From Puccinia triticina (Eukaryota): DNA of 64,000 bases. Each line of letters opens with the position of its first letter. Within the stretch, counting starts at the first letter, position 1. The notes beneath the pieces were generated by a model. The model saw only the letters and a program-made list of their open reading frames with translations, was not told the origin of the DNA and did not search any database. Made by a program: the position numbers and the translations under genes. This document shows, in pieces, positions 38,976 through 55,005 of this stretch. The stretch lies in NCBI GenBank assembly GCA_026914245.1, contig CP110440.1, positions 2,356,001 through 2,420,000 of the forward strand, written 5' to 3'.

Positions 38976-39841
38976 TCAGTGTAAAACTCCAGCACTGGTA
39001 TTGAAAGAGGTTCATCAGAAGCATGCCAAGTTAGTTTAATTTGATTTAAACTGAGATGCTGCAGGAAAATTCAACTAAAAAACTTACTGCTTCAGATATT
39101 CAATTACAAAATACACAAAACATACCGCGCTTACACTAGTACTAACCCACAAGAGGGCCTTCCAACATTGGTTCCTCTGTGCTACACGTTGCGCACGTAA
39201 TTGTAATTCCAGCCTTTGTTGACTTAATGCATTTCTTATGGTAGGATTAGCCTCACGACATAGTGGACATGTAGCATCCTTGGTGTACCACGTGTCAATA
39301 CATTTGGTGCAATATACGTGACCGCATCCCAGTGTTTTAGGTAGTGAGTACTCTTCCATGCAAATTGAGCATTCATTTTCTGGAATGGAAATGTCAATAG
39401 TTGAGGCTTCACCACCGGAGCTTGCGGGGACAGTGAGTGAGTGACGGGAAGTTCCTGGAGCTTTCCAACTGGCTTCTTCCTCTTCGATAATGGCCACATT
39501 TACCTGGTGCTGCTCATCTCCACAGAAAAAAAGGATTTCAGCTCACAGAAACTTTGAAATTTAAAACTCGATCTTATCAGCGCTCACATTGGGGAATGGT
39601 CCTTCAGGCGAATCAATGTTGACGTGATCTAGGCGGCATCCATTTATGTTGGAGTGATTAGCGAGCTCTCCAGCGTCCCCAAATTGGGAAAACCGTGCGA
39701 GTTCGATTGAAGAGTCCACTTGTAAGATATGCCCAACCAGCTAAAGATTTAATTATCAGCCGGAGGATATGAGGATTATGATCTTGTACTATGACGACAT
39801 AAAGCGCGCTTAACTGATAGGTATAATAACCACACAGCCAT
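38976..39841 (-). CDS. signal-peptide-like N-terminus + RING-HC + C-terminal TM protein, paralog 2
   Basis: Exons 39841-39815, 39740-39588, ~39509-39088 and 38994-38976. N-terminus MAVWLLYLSLVGHILQVDS; RING CSIC...CGHVYCTKC...W...CPLC; TM ALLWVSTSVSAVCFVYFVI. Confidence 0.8.
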
Positions 39842-40853
39842 CGCCGAACTTAGGGGGAGTGTCTTTCTCAAGGACGTGATGCGGTCCAGGATGGATTCGG
39901 ATGGTTTGTGCCAGATTTAAAAGCAGTGTATTGCAAGACGATGTAATTTGGGGTGGAATTTGCCGATGATTTGAACCTATTGATAATAAATTATGATTTG
40001 ACTCAGTATGTTACACTTGACGAGAATCATCGACCAACAAGTAACCACCTATTGATAAGATAATTATTTGACTTGGTTGGTCGCACTCGAGAATTATGCA
40101 CCAGCATGCACTGCACACCTAATTCAGGTAAAAAAAGAGAAGATGGAGAAAATATGACATGAAGAAGCAGAATGAAAGTCACAATTGATGGCAAGGCTAA
40201 AAGAGAATACAAGAATATTGATTCATACCTGCAATAACTTAAATCAAGGGTTGAGTCGAATGGATATTGATAGAGATGAAGGAGACGATAGGCAGGAGAT
40301 CTATGAGAAAAATAGTATACAGGGAAAATATGTAATGTCGTTAGTGTTGTCGATTCGGTTATTTTAGGGAATATGGTGAAAATCGTTACACACTAATCGC
40401 TCTTTACCAGGAGTGTTGTTATTGTGTGAAGAAAAAAGAAGGCTGGCGTGGTTGATCTTCAGTATTGATGCCAGGCAGGGCGAAGTGGACTGATTGTCGC
40501 GATGTGCTATCCATCTGAATCCTGATCCATCTCGCTGGGTTGATCCATCTTGATGGCTGTTCACCCGAACATCACTGTGGGAAGCTGCTCCCCACTGAGA
40601 GCGGGAACACTCCTCAAACTCATGGCCCAACGTGATCTGAAGGCACTCGGTTCGGGCATGGAGGGTTCGCGTTTCGACCTTGTCGGCACATATCAGAGCA
40701 TATCAGGTACATGTATATATGCACCCCGCGCGCGGAAACGTCTGAGACGGGCTACACAAGCCCCGAGCTTGAGTCTCCTCCGGCGGCAAACCCCGCCGTC
40801 ATGACGGGACCTCCTCCGCAGCGATATTTATGTACGGCCGCGACCCATTTATG

Positions 40854-41577
40854 CTAGCTTAACTAAGCCTCTCGAACGGAGGGTCCGGGGGACCCCGCCC
40901 AGAGGGCTCTCCGTAGGAGAGGCTTATGAATAATGTCTGCAGGCTGGCAGACAAAGGAAGGATTTTCAATCCTAAAAACACAAAAACAAAATTTAAAATT
41001 CACCAAAATATGTTCAAGAAAAACTGAATAGACAGTTTTCTTGGCAGTGCTGATGGGCACCCTCCCCCAAGTTTTTGAGGCATAAACTCCAAAACTGATT
41101 GAAGGAATCCATTTTGGAGGTCAAAGGAATCCTGGAGGATATTCCATTGCACTGAAGATCCAATTTCGGATTTTCTGATAATATGCACAATTGAATATCC
41201 TATCTGCAACAACTGGGTGGCTACAGGTGTAGGATCTGCAGATATCTGCAGGCTTGTGAATCCAATATCCACAAGGCATGATGGTTGTAATTCCTTGGTT
41301 TACATTTCTTTGTGTTTTTTTATTTTTAAAACATTAGTACAGAAAAAATGATAAGGATTGAGGAGATGAGACCAGCGCCATTTGAAAGCTGAGATTGAGA
41401 AGTGTAATCTGGTTCTGGGGCAGGTCCACAGGAGCTGAGGGGGAGGCTGGGTGATGCTAAGTATTTTTCCTCCAGCCATTCATGATTTCTTTCTCAGCCA
41501 AAATTTTGACTTTGTGCACAAGTCCCTCCCTGCAGCCACAGCGAGCCTCCCACCAGGGGGGACTTGTGTCAAGTTAG
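40854..41577. mobile_element. non-autonomous AcademH derivative (type B + type A ends)
   Basis: CTAGCTTAACTAAGCCTCTC...GGGACTTGTGTCAAGTTAG with flanking repeat CATTTATG. The left end is nearly identical to the reverse complement of 9741-9814. Confidence 0.8.
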
Positions 41578-42023
41578 CATTTATGTATGTACCACACACG
41601 TCTCCACTAGGACTCTCCAAACGCGAGTGATTGATATTGCTAGGTTATCTGCTTCTAACCCGTTCAGATGGCCAGACCAGGCGGTCCAATTCCAGGAGCG
41701 GAATAAACCGATACAAATCACGACACGCAGTGTGTACACCAGCCAGACCTGACGCCGCGGATCAACAAGAATGTGAAGAGGGACAGAGTGAGGAGATGGT
41801 GTCCAATCTGCAGCTATGTTTGCAGCCCGCAGAGGAATTTATTCCTGTTGCGCGTCACAGCGTGCTCTTTTAGTTGACTCTTTCAACAACTAACCTAGGA
41901 TAAATTCAGATAAATTCCTATCAGTCATCTAGATTAGCCCGAGATACCTGTTATCTCCAAGCTGCTCGAGTATGGGTTGTGGGGGGATGGAATCCTCTTC
42001 TCTCTCTCTTTGCCTCCCGTGAG

Positions 42024-42704
42024 CTGACTTAACTAAGCCTCCCGGGACTGGGATGCGGAGCACCCCGATGCGAAGCATCTCCCATTCCCAATGGGAGGCT
42101 TATGAGTTATCAGCTTTTTTCCGCGTGAGAGCTTCAGGAAATTTGTGGCTTTTGGCCAACTTTTTGAATCAAATTTACATTACACAGCGCGCACTCATTG
42201 TGAGTCAGTGAGCTGAAGTACAGGGGATAGCTGAGCATCTCAGCTTCAATGTAGTGTCACTTTTGTGATATCTACACTTGAAGGAGAGTGTTGCCCTTGC
42301 TCAGAAGTCAAGGTGGATGGATGATGGAGTTCTGTATTTAAATTGAGTCCAAATGGATCTTCTTGGAATTTGCATACACACTTCTGGCCAAACACAAAAA
42401 AATCACAAACTTCAAAGGGGGATGGAAGGAGTTTGTGAAGGGGGGGAAAGTGGTGATTGACACCAAAAGAAAGAGAAAAATCAGGCCTTTAATCTGGCAC
42501 CACAGGCAATAGGAATACACAAGGAGAAGACCCCTGAAAGGGGAGCGGGAAAAAACTCCCACCAAAACACTGAAAACTCTCAAGCCAAATTCTTGGCTTT
42601 ACCTGCAAGTCCCTCCTTTGGAGGTTGCGCTTCGCGTGAGGGCGCTTTGCGCCAGCCCAGGCTGTACCAGGGCCCTCTGAAGCGAGGGACTTGTGATAAG
42701 TCAG
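42024..42704. mobile_element. non-autonomous AcademH derivative (type B + type A ends)
   Basis: CTGACTTAACTAAGCCTCCC...GAGGGACTTGTGATAAGTCAG with flanking repeat CCCGTGAG / CCTGTGAG. The right end closely matches the reverse complement of 3647-3730. Confidence 0.8.
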
Positions 42705-44298
42705 CCTGTGAGCAGATTTGATCTCTGCTGGCTTGGCCTTGAGAGGAGAGGGGGGTGTGTGCCATTCAGGTCACCCACTCCATCCAGGCTGTCTAGGGAC
42801 ATCTCCCTAAGGTCCAAGCCCGACAGGCGGGTGGGACCCCTAACTGGGTGGGTGGGTGGGGCAAAAAAAGAGATTTCTCTTATCCTCTCCTGGCGGACGG
42901 CTAAGGTTGCAACCTTGACGAGTACCACTCCGTTCCAATATGTTTCTTTGGCCAACAGTGTTATGGCAGGTCTCTTTACATATTACATAACTGCCATGGT
43001 TTTATAAAGTTTTAGCTCACCAACACAATTACATAATCATCTTTTGTATATATATTCTACATTCCTAGCAATCTTATTTTTCCCTTGGGTGAGTTCTTCA
43101 TCTCATTCTCGCAGTATCCTGATATCCCAGCTCTTCAGACGGTACTGAGCTCTTGGTCCCTCCCAGCCAGACTTGCCGACTGGGCCTGTTGTTCTTGCCG
43201 CAGCATCGCTTTGCGCCTGCTGCGCTCCTTACCGCCGCCGCCTTCCTGCGCGTTCTCTGGCCCATCACTGCCTTGGGTCCGCAGCTCCTTGGACATCATC
43301 ACCTCCCACTACGTTCCTGGTAATTGGCTAGTATATAACCGACAAATCATATCAACTTTCTCCGGGGTTCTTATCAGATTGATTAGAAAGTGCGGAGACA
43401 TTTAGGTTCCTCAAAGTTGAAAGCATTACAGAGTAGCTAGGCTCAGCTAGCTCTGTCTTTTGTTTGTGCTTGGCTTACAGTTGAACCCTTGCTTGACTTA
43501 CCCTATGACATCCAGGCTCTCAGATCTCTCAGAAAATCCCCTGCAAGAATCTCTGCTTGCACCTCTCTACCCTTGATTCCCCAATACATGATAATCTCAT
43601 CCCTTCTATCAACCTTCCATAGCCTTCCATATTTACCTTGGGAAACCACATCCATCACTTCTTTGCCTAATAAGCTTATCTCTTCTCAAAGCTTGTTCCT
43701 CCACCTTTGACATCATTGTTGGATGATAGTGACACATTCATCTTATTCACATTGCCTAAACAATCCAACATATTTTCATTCTGCACCCTTAATGCTTGTA
43801 TCATCACTTCCTTCAACAAATATGGTTCCTTCAAGATCTTTGGCAACCCTGATTTATCTTTCCCATCCCATTGACAATCCACCAACTCTAGTTCATACTA
43901 AAACTTGGTTTGTGCAACTTGCAGGTTCCTGATGATTGAAATCTCTAGACTCTCACCAACTTGTCTTTTCCATGAAAATTAATCATTCTCTTTCTTCCTA
44001 GTTTGTTGTTTCCATATTGTGTCATTTATCTCTTGTGTCCATTATCACTAGTTTCTTTGCATTGAGGTATAAATTCTTCTTTCTTTTCTTTTTGAAGCAT
44101 GTATTTCTTCAATTTATTAATCAGAAATATATACTTGATTTTGTTGATTAACATTTCAATACTTTATTAAGGGAGGCATTGAATTGTTGCTGCATGAACT
44201 AGCAGCTAGGCAAGTTTGATGATTATCAAGAGATCCATGGTAGCTAAAGCAAATTGGATATATTGGTCAAGTCAAGTTACCTCCGGTTGATTTGGAAG

Positions 44299-44783
44299 TA
44301 GAGATGGCCACAGGTACCCATTAAGTTTTGGCAGTTACTTGCTTTCTGTGTGAGTACCCGCCTGTGGGTTCTGGCTGTGAGTGTGATTGTTCAGCTTTGC
44401 CAGAAAAAAGTGACCAGGTACCCACAGCAACCCTCCAACAGCTCATCACCATGGCAAGAATTGACCAGAAGTGCTGCAAAGGAAATTCTTTGCCTGAATC
44501 CTTGCTCTCCAGTACTCTGGCCCAATCTCAAGACCCCAGTCAACAGAGAAAAGAATAACTTGGAGTGTGGTAGATGATTCCAAAAAATGAACAGAAAGCC
44601 ACTCAAGTTGACAGCACTAAAATCAAATTGGATGTATGTTTTTAAGCAAAAACACCTGCCACATGTGATTACTTGACATATGCACTTGGGTACTAAGGGT
44701 GAGGGTGTGGGATTGGGTGTTTGATTTTATTGAAATTCTATGTAGGTACCCACACAGGTATTTGGGTGCCAAGGCCATCCCTA
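44299..44783. mobile_element. hAT-like MITE
   Basis: Termini TAGAGATGGCC / GGCCATCCCTA with subterminal GGTACCC motifs. No TSD is preserved. Confidence 0.45.
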
Positions 44784-45329
44784 TTAAGTATTGGGGAGTT
44801 TGTCCAAGGGAAATCATTCAAACAAATCAAACAGCACCCCTTTTTATCTTCCCAAAGAGGCATTTGTTGTGCCAGTGGCCACCAACATCTTTGAACCTGA
44901 AACACTACAAAAATCACTCGATTTCAATGAAAAAAGGTTTGTACAAGATGGTGGGGAATCTCGGGCCAGTCAATGGCTGTTTGTATCTTGCGCAGTTCAT
45001 TCAACTTGCGCAGCAGCTTTTTTGGCTTTGAAATCGCTGTATTTGGATTTTAAAGACAGCGGTAGTGTTTTACTCCATCTGCATCTCCTCAAAAATTATA
45101 AATCTGCAGCAGGTTTTTCGGCGCCAATTAGGACAACACTAATCCCCTAACTGCAGAGAAGTCTTTTTTTTTGAAGTCAAAGCTTTGCGATCGGCCGATC
45201 GTCCTGGCTTATTTGCCTGGAAATCTACCAACGTCTTAAAAAAGCTGCTTTTGAACCTCACCCGAACTATCTCAAATGCTCCTTGGCCTTACTACTCCCT
45301 TATAATAGCAAGCTTTCAAAATCCTTGCA

Positions 45330-46306
45330 ATGAATAGTCGGTTATTATACCTACTAGTTAAGCACTCTCTATTTCGTTATGGCACTTGATTCTAATTATC
45401 AAATCTTACCAATGATCAATGAATCTTTAGCTGGTTGGGCATACCTTACAAGTGGACTTGTCAGTAGAACTCGCCAAGTATTCAGACTTTGGACAAGCTG
45501 GAAATCCCTTGAGCCAATCCAACATATTTCAACACCACCCAAATCAAGTTAATTTGAATTTTACCAGGCCCATGAGCTTCAAATTCCAACGGTTCTGGGT
45601 GCTGACATCTTGAATTCTTTTCAGTTAGAGGAGGTGCCCGAGGTACATCTGACAATTGGGGAAGAAGAAAAAGGTGGTAGGACAGCTCCAGAAACTTCCA
45701 GTCGCACAAGCTGGAGTGACGAAGCCCGTCACAGCATCATTTCTGTTACTGACAAAAAAAGTGAAGCACAAGAAAATTCCTGTGCAATTTGCTTGGGAAA
45801 GTGTCCACCTTGTGACTGGAAAGTTCTTGAGGTATGCACACACGGATTTTGCACCAACTGTATTGATCAATGGTTAGAAAAACATGCCACCTGCCCAACT
45901 TGTCGAACCGTAGATCCTCGGGTAGCCGAGAAGTTGAAAGAATCAAATGAACCAGAGGAATTGAGTGAATCAGGAGAATCAAACGATCATGCATTAATGG
46001 ATGGACTGTATCAATCAAATGCTCAAGAAGTAGCACTACAAAATCCAGCCGTAATGGGGCAACCAAGGAAACATTATATCTGTGCAGCTACCTTGTCGAT
46101 CATTGTCCTAATATTTATCCTATTTGTAGCGGTTGCGTTCATACGACAGTAAGTTCTCTAATTGGATCTCCTTGTGGCATCTCAGTTTAAATCATCTTAT
46201 AATTACTTGGAATGCTGCTGACGCACCCCAATGTATCAAAACTAGTTCTATATCACATCCTAGCTCTACAAGCACTGGGTATTCCTATCATCACCGGTCT
46301 CTGTAA
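45330..46306 (+). CDS. signal-peptide-like N-terminus + RING-HC + C-terminal TM protein, paralog 3
   Basis: Exons 45330-45356, 45431-~45547, ~45625-46148 and 46246-46306. N-terminus MNSRLLYLLLVGHTLQVDL; RING CAIC...CTHGFCTNC...W...CPTC; TM TLSIIVLIFILFVAVAFI. The second intron donor is uncertain. Confidence 0.72.
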
Positions 46307-47807
46307 CAATAATTTACATCATGAAACTTGGAAATCTAGACAAATACAAGGCATGTTAAATGGCTTTCCTAAATCTGCTCATATATTCTTCTCTTCACCT
46401 CTGGTCCTGGGTGCAAGTGTATGAAAAATATTTATCTTCAGTCCAAGGTTTTAAGCCATGATTCTTCATTGCTGCCCAAATTTTGGCAAATTTATAAGGT
46501 TCTGCCATCATTAATCATACCTTATCCTTCCTTGAGCCTCATATCTAAATTCCACCAAGGTCACCTGGCAGTGATCAATAACCAAGCAGATCAATAAGAA
46601 TGTGAGAAGAAAATCATTGGAGTGAGGAGGTGTCTAGGGGGAGGGGAGGTGTTTTTGTATTGAAAGGAAATTTCCACACTGTTTACACTATTCTACACAA
46701 TTTGACAGTTTGATTATTTCAAGAAAACTATCAAAGAAATGACTTTTTGCCTCATTTTGGGTTTCTTCCGCTCCCAAAACAACTATGGTACCACATTTTT
46801 CCCATTGAAATGACCCATCAACCTGAGCAGCTTGAACCATACAACCTAGGGTCCAAGGAGACATCTGTGGGGGTCCCAGCCTGCCCGGGAAGTCCTCTTG
46901 AGCTAGTAGAAGTGTGTGGGTGCAGTCAGACTCATGTGACTCAGACTGGTTGACATTGACAAAAAGGTGGTGTGACATTGCCCAGAAGAAGGCGCACACT
47001 TTTGGCAGCTGCAAATGACAGCTAGCATCTCAAGAAATGTTGGGGTCAGTAAGGGTGGCAGTGGAGCATTGATGCATGTAAGTGTAAAAGCAGATTGGGG
47101 ATCTTGGAAAGTCATGCATCAAGCCCCAGATGCTCTGTGTAACCGGGTGCATCTGGTCCTCTCCCTGAAATCCCCCCCCTTTCCTTTTGAGAAGGGCAGG
47201 TTCTCATCAACACCTTCTAGCCTGTTTTTTTTACACGTTGCTGTGGCGAGAGCCAATCCCCACACAAGTGTGTGGTGATTTTTGGGGGGCTTTTGGCACA
47301 GAGGCCGAAGAGAGATAAATTGTCTGGCAAATTGGTAAACTCGCATGACCACACCCACATCAACCAACGAAAACTAAACTTCTCTGCATTGTACGCTTAT
47401 CAATCAATTAGTTTATCGTATCTATTTACACACATACACACATGACACATCCATCTCGTCTTTTCTGGGGGTTTCCGGCTTGGAAGGGAGAGATGACGGG
47501 GAGGAGGGAGTATTTGTTTACAGGTCTTTTTTCTTGCTTGGCGCAGGGAGGAGGAATGGCAACTGACTAGAAAGAAAAAATGAAAGAAAAGAGAAAGAAC
47601 AACAGGACCATGAACAAAAAAAACTCTATGAAAGATCGGGAATCTCGGCCAACACCAGACGGCATGGGCAGGGTGTGTGGGGACGGGGGGGATACAAGCG
47701 GGGAGAGGAGAGGCAAAAGATTAAGGGAAGAGAAAGCCGATCCACGAAAACAAAGAGACGAAGTCGCAGCCAGGATATGTAAGGGAGGAAGGTCGGGGAG
47801 CGAGCGG

Positions 47808-50094
<2,287 letters not shown>

Positions 50095-52856
50095 AGTTTC
50101 TCTGGGGGGTTTTTATCGTGTGTGGGTCGACGTGCGTTTGTTCGCTTGGGTGACTAGCGTTCTCCTTATTTCTGTCTGTCTTTATACGTATAGATCGGAA
50201 GCTGCAGTCAGTAAGGGCGAAGGGGATTGCACGGAGGAGAAAGAGGGAGGCTTGACCTGCTGTTCTGGCGCTGGGTGGATATGTAAGTTTATATGTACCG
50301 GAGTGACGATGGGATGCTATGGGTCAAGGTTTTCTGCTGGGAGAGATGGTGGGGGGGAAGACAGGCTTTTGAGTCTGCGGTCGTTGTTGCGCTTGGCCCG
50401 GTCGTCGTCGCTGCAGTATCCTGCCCCGGTTTCTTGGGAAGTCGTTGCCAACCAATTCACTTCCGCTTCCTCAAGTGCTGCACTCCCGGTCGGACGGTGG
50501 ACACCCCCAGCTGTACAACCAAAACTTTGTTGGTTTTTGGGAAGCACATGCTTGAGAAGAACTCCCCCCCCCCCACCCTCTTGTCCTCCCACATAGACAC
50601 ACCGCCCCCGCTCCAGCGCGCCGGCAGCAGTGCTTGTTGAGAGAGCACCTCCATACCAGCACCGGACGCCTGTCAATTGTCAACTCAAACCCGAATCTCG
50701 GGGGCGATGACAGGCGAGGACTGCATGGTGTGTACAGAAGAATGTGTCCATGTGCCGAAACAGGCCAGAACAGGCCGACGCACGAGGCCGATCGGCTGTC
50801 GCTTTGGAGGCCTGCTGCTTGTCTGGGGTTGTCAAGCCCACGCGCCCTCCCCAGGATTAACAGGCCCACACTACCGGGAAAAACAAACTATCCTTCAATC
50901 GTCTTCCCCCTCCCACCGGTGCTTCCTCCGGCTTCCGATCTCCCCATTACCCCATCGCAACAACATGAATGATAATACACATCTCTTATAATCGGTAGCC
51001 AAGTCTCCTCCGTCCCCCTGTACAACCATCATGAAACATTGCATCATTGGACAAGATATACCTGCCTAGTGAACTCCCACTCTCCTGGTCGCACTATGTC
51101 AACTGGAGGGAGGGATGGAGGGAGCATGGAGGGAGGGAGAGAGGGATTACGCATTCGGACTTAGAGGCTGCTGAGGTTTATCTTTGGGTGGGCACTTTCT
51201 TATTAACATTGCCCTCACGCCTGATCAACTACTGGATGTGTATATGGAGCCCTGGTGGGGCACAAATTCATGCCCTGTACATCTTGGCTATGTATCTCCC
51301 TACTCTAGCTTAGGCTTCATTCTTTATATTTTCCCTTCAACATGGAGAATAAACCCTCCATTTGGTCAATACAGCATGCGCACTGGGTATCAGAAGCATG
51401 GATTCAAACAACTTGCTCCCTGGTTGTATGTATTAGCAAAGTTCACAATTCTGATTTGCAAGATTTGACAAAGCATTTCAAAGCCCAATTATTAGGGGGG
51501 TTCACGTTGCAAAAAAAGCAATGCTGATTTTGTCTGCTCATGCACCTGTGAGTGGAGGACTTCCCGTCGCAATCTGGGAGCAATCTGAGAGCCTCCCACT
51601 GCAAAAATAACTTGGTCAACTGCTTGCAGTTGACATGCAGGATACTCAAGCCAAGCTGCCATTGTAACTCCACATGAATGCAGAAGTGCCTTTGTTGGCA
51701 CAGTCACTGTGCAAGGTGCACAGTGACTGTGCATTGAAGCTTGGGTTGAGTCAAACCTTGAGTAAGGCTGGTGTAACACCACAAGCTTCCTCAGAGTTGC
51801 CGCATGTCAACTGCTCACAGTTGACACAGTTTTTTTTGCAGTGTCCCAGAGTCTCAAAGCCTAAATTTCCCTGCAAAATTTGGCTCAGATCTGGGTCTGG
51901 AAGAGGTTCCCAGATTGACGGGAAGTCCTCCAGTAAGGTTTATGCATGGCAGATTGCTTCCCAAGGGGAGCTGCCCACCCAAACCTTTTTGCTTTCTCAG
52001 GATTTTCAAAGGCTGCATCTGCTGGTTTTGGTGGCTGATTTCAAAATCAGCCTTGCGTGAACCCCCCTGTTGCTCATTTATGGTGAATTTATGTTGATCA
52101 TTTCTCTGTGTGCAAGGGCTTTCAGACAACATAAATATGGTTAGCTGGGGCTTTAATGGCTTTCTGGCCAGTGTTTACTTGTCATGGAGATGTGAAAGGC
52201 CTATCCTGTGATCTGTAACCCCAATGTACACATGTACATGGTTAAGAAGCCACAATTTCTAACCAAAATATCTTGTACCACACAGCCAAGCTTGACTTGA
52301 ATCATATTTCCACCCTATTTTCATACTTTCTTGGCTTAATTCAAGGCAATACCTGCCTCTTTGAGGGAAATATGCCAATCCAGATGGGCCTTTCACATCT
52401 CTCTGACCAGTGTGTACATGTTGTGGATCTGTGGGAGGCCCAGCCTGCAGTTTTTCACCCTTCTAGGCACATACATGAGGGTGAAATTAGCAAATTGAAA
52501 AAACAATTACCACCTTGTAAATGATACAAATTGAACCCCATGAAATCATTTCAATCAAAAAGCAGTTCAAACTGAACTATGATTTGCTTGTGTCCATTGT
52601 GGCTTTTGGTTTCAAACAAGCTCCAGTTGAGTTCCAGATGGATTTATGGATAAATTCCAGGTCCAGATCAGTCTTGGATGAGTTCCAGCATGGTTCATTA
52701 TTTCTTACACTATTTTCACCAAAGGCATCTAGCAAAGGAGGATCCAGTACCTCAGTACCTCAGACTCCATCTTCCTCTCCACAGATCAGACTGTAACAGC
52801 ATACAACATACATCCCCAAAATTGTGGGCTCTGGCAGAGGCAATCATGTCATATTA

Positions 52857-53013
52857 TGGTGTTCAAGATTGCATATGTCATGGTTTACATAGAATCATAC
52901 AGCCTATTTTGACTGGGAGATGTCAGCGTGCATAAAAATTAAAGTGACATCTCCCAGCCAAAATTGCAGTTTATGATTTTATGTGAAAAAATCTTATGCA
53001 ATTTTGAACACCA
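52857..53013. mobile_element. Tc1/mariner-type MITE
   Basis: TIRs TGGTGTTCAAGATTGCATA / TATGCAATTTTGAACACCA flanked by TA, with an inner hairpin CTGGGAGATGTCA / TGACATCTCCCAG. Confidence 0.7.
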
Positions 53014-54749
53014 TATATGTTGGCTATGATACCCTATCTCTCCCACAACCAACTGAGCTGTGTGTCAAGCATTGCTCAACACAGCGGCCAGAAAGATTGG
53101 TGAAGACACAGGAGATTTGTGGCCATTTTCTAGTTCAGATTTCAGGGGCACGCAAAAAGGCACACAGCCTCCAGACCATCAAGGCTGGACCCTTGGTGTT
53201 GGGTTGGCCATAGGGCTGATTAGTCTGACACAGTTGTTTGCCCAGCCAAACCATGACTGGCAGTCTATCCCACCAACCTTCAAGGTCATCATGTTGAGAT
53301 GGGCCATTCTATTCTTACAGTGTGGTCTGCTTCCAAGTTCTACCTTACAAACCCACAAGCTTAAATTTATCTTGCACCTTTTGTATACATGCACCAGTCC
53401 TTTGCCAATTTGTTTTCTAGCTATCATATGTTAATTGAATAGTGCTCTCCAGCTCAAATAGGGATGCAAGAAAATTGTCTTGAAACAATTTAAAATGCTC
53501 CTGGTTTCAAAATGTCTTCTGGCAACATTCCACCTCTTTTCACTTGGTTTTGGGCCCTTTCTCACAAAGAGTTTTTGGAAACAATTCATAACCCTATGAC
53601 AACTGCACCACCAATGTTGTCTGCAATTGAGTTTGAAAAGTTTTGAAGTGGTTTTCAAAACCACTTCAAAATGCTAGGTTGCAGCCGTGGTGTATGTCCT
53701 TGCCCAGCTCCCTAGCCACTATGCTTGTGTTGGATACTAGCAACATCATATCAAACACACAGGCCACTGGAGGACTTCCTGTCAATCTGAAGCCCCCTGC
53801 AGAGTCAGATCTGCAGCAAGTAAACCTTAATTTTTGCGGGGAAATGCTGTCCCAGGGGCTGCAGATCTGGTTCTGTAGGGTCTGTAGATCTTGACGGGAA
53901 GTCCTCAGTGGAGGACTTCCTGTGCAAACTGGGACCCCTGCAGATGCTGGGTTAGACATGAAAAGTCTAGATTTTTGGAGGGAAATCTAGCTTTTTGGGC
54001 TCTAGATCACTTCTGGGAGGCCCACAGATCTCGAAGGGAGGTCATCCACTATCCTGACTTGCATGGTAGAAGTTGTCTTCATTGAGAGCCATGAGACCAC
54101 TCACTGACATGCTTGAGAGCTGCCTGAGCTTCTCCAATGCTGTTCTCATTTCCAGGTAAAATAGAATTGGGCCTGTTCATACACCACGGCAGTCCACCAA
54201 CGTCAGGTTACCAATTGGTTTTGCGGGCAGTCTGACCCTCCCCAACCCTGCCAAACTTTGTTGGTTGCCGCCGTTGTGCTGCCAAGGTTTGCAGCCACCC
54301 TGTTGGCCAGCCGACAAACGCTGTCGCATGTCTGACTGCCAGCAGGGGCAGGCCGTCGTTGTCCCGACCCTTGTAAGATACTTCCTACCAATCCCTGAGA
54401 CATCGCGAGGCAGCATCCCGCATTCGGGCTGCCCCGTCCTCGGCGTCACCCCGGCCCATGGGATGGGCAGGCAGTCGTCAGGCCGCCGAGTGGTTGGCAT
54501 CAACCCACTGGCCGCAAGAGGTGTCACCTGCCTGCTGAACCGGTTGGCGGATCTAATCCACGAATCCCGTGTCCAAGGATTATGAGACAGTTGGGCTAAT
54601 TTCCAACGGATACCGGAGCATGCTATACTGCTTGATAGTCCGGACTTCTGCTGAACAATTGGTGACGGACGGATAATGTTATTGCTTTGACCAGGCTATA
54701 TACAACAGAGCGTCCCCAAAATATGTTTGGGGGCCTCAAAAAACACGGC

Positions 54750-55005
54750 AGGGCAGGACGACTATAACAGGGCAGAGGACAATCATCAATATATCAGGAA
54801 GTCGGGCAGGACATTGCTAAGAGGGCAGGCAGGCAGGATAACTATAACAGGGTGGGGGCAGGCAAGACAACTATGTATAACAGGGCAGGCAGGCAGGCAG
54901 GCAGGACGGTATATCTGGGAGGTGGGCAGGACAACAATAACAGGGGCAGACGCAGGCAGGACAACAATAAAAGAGCGGGGGCAGGCAGGCCGGACAATAA
55001 CTCAG
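54750..55005. repeat. degenerate minisatellite (GGGCAGGACAACAATAACAGG-like)
   Basis: Roughly nine recurring GGCAGG(AC)AA...ATAA units. Confidence 0.7.
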
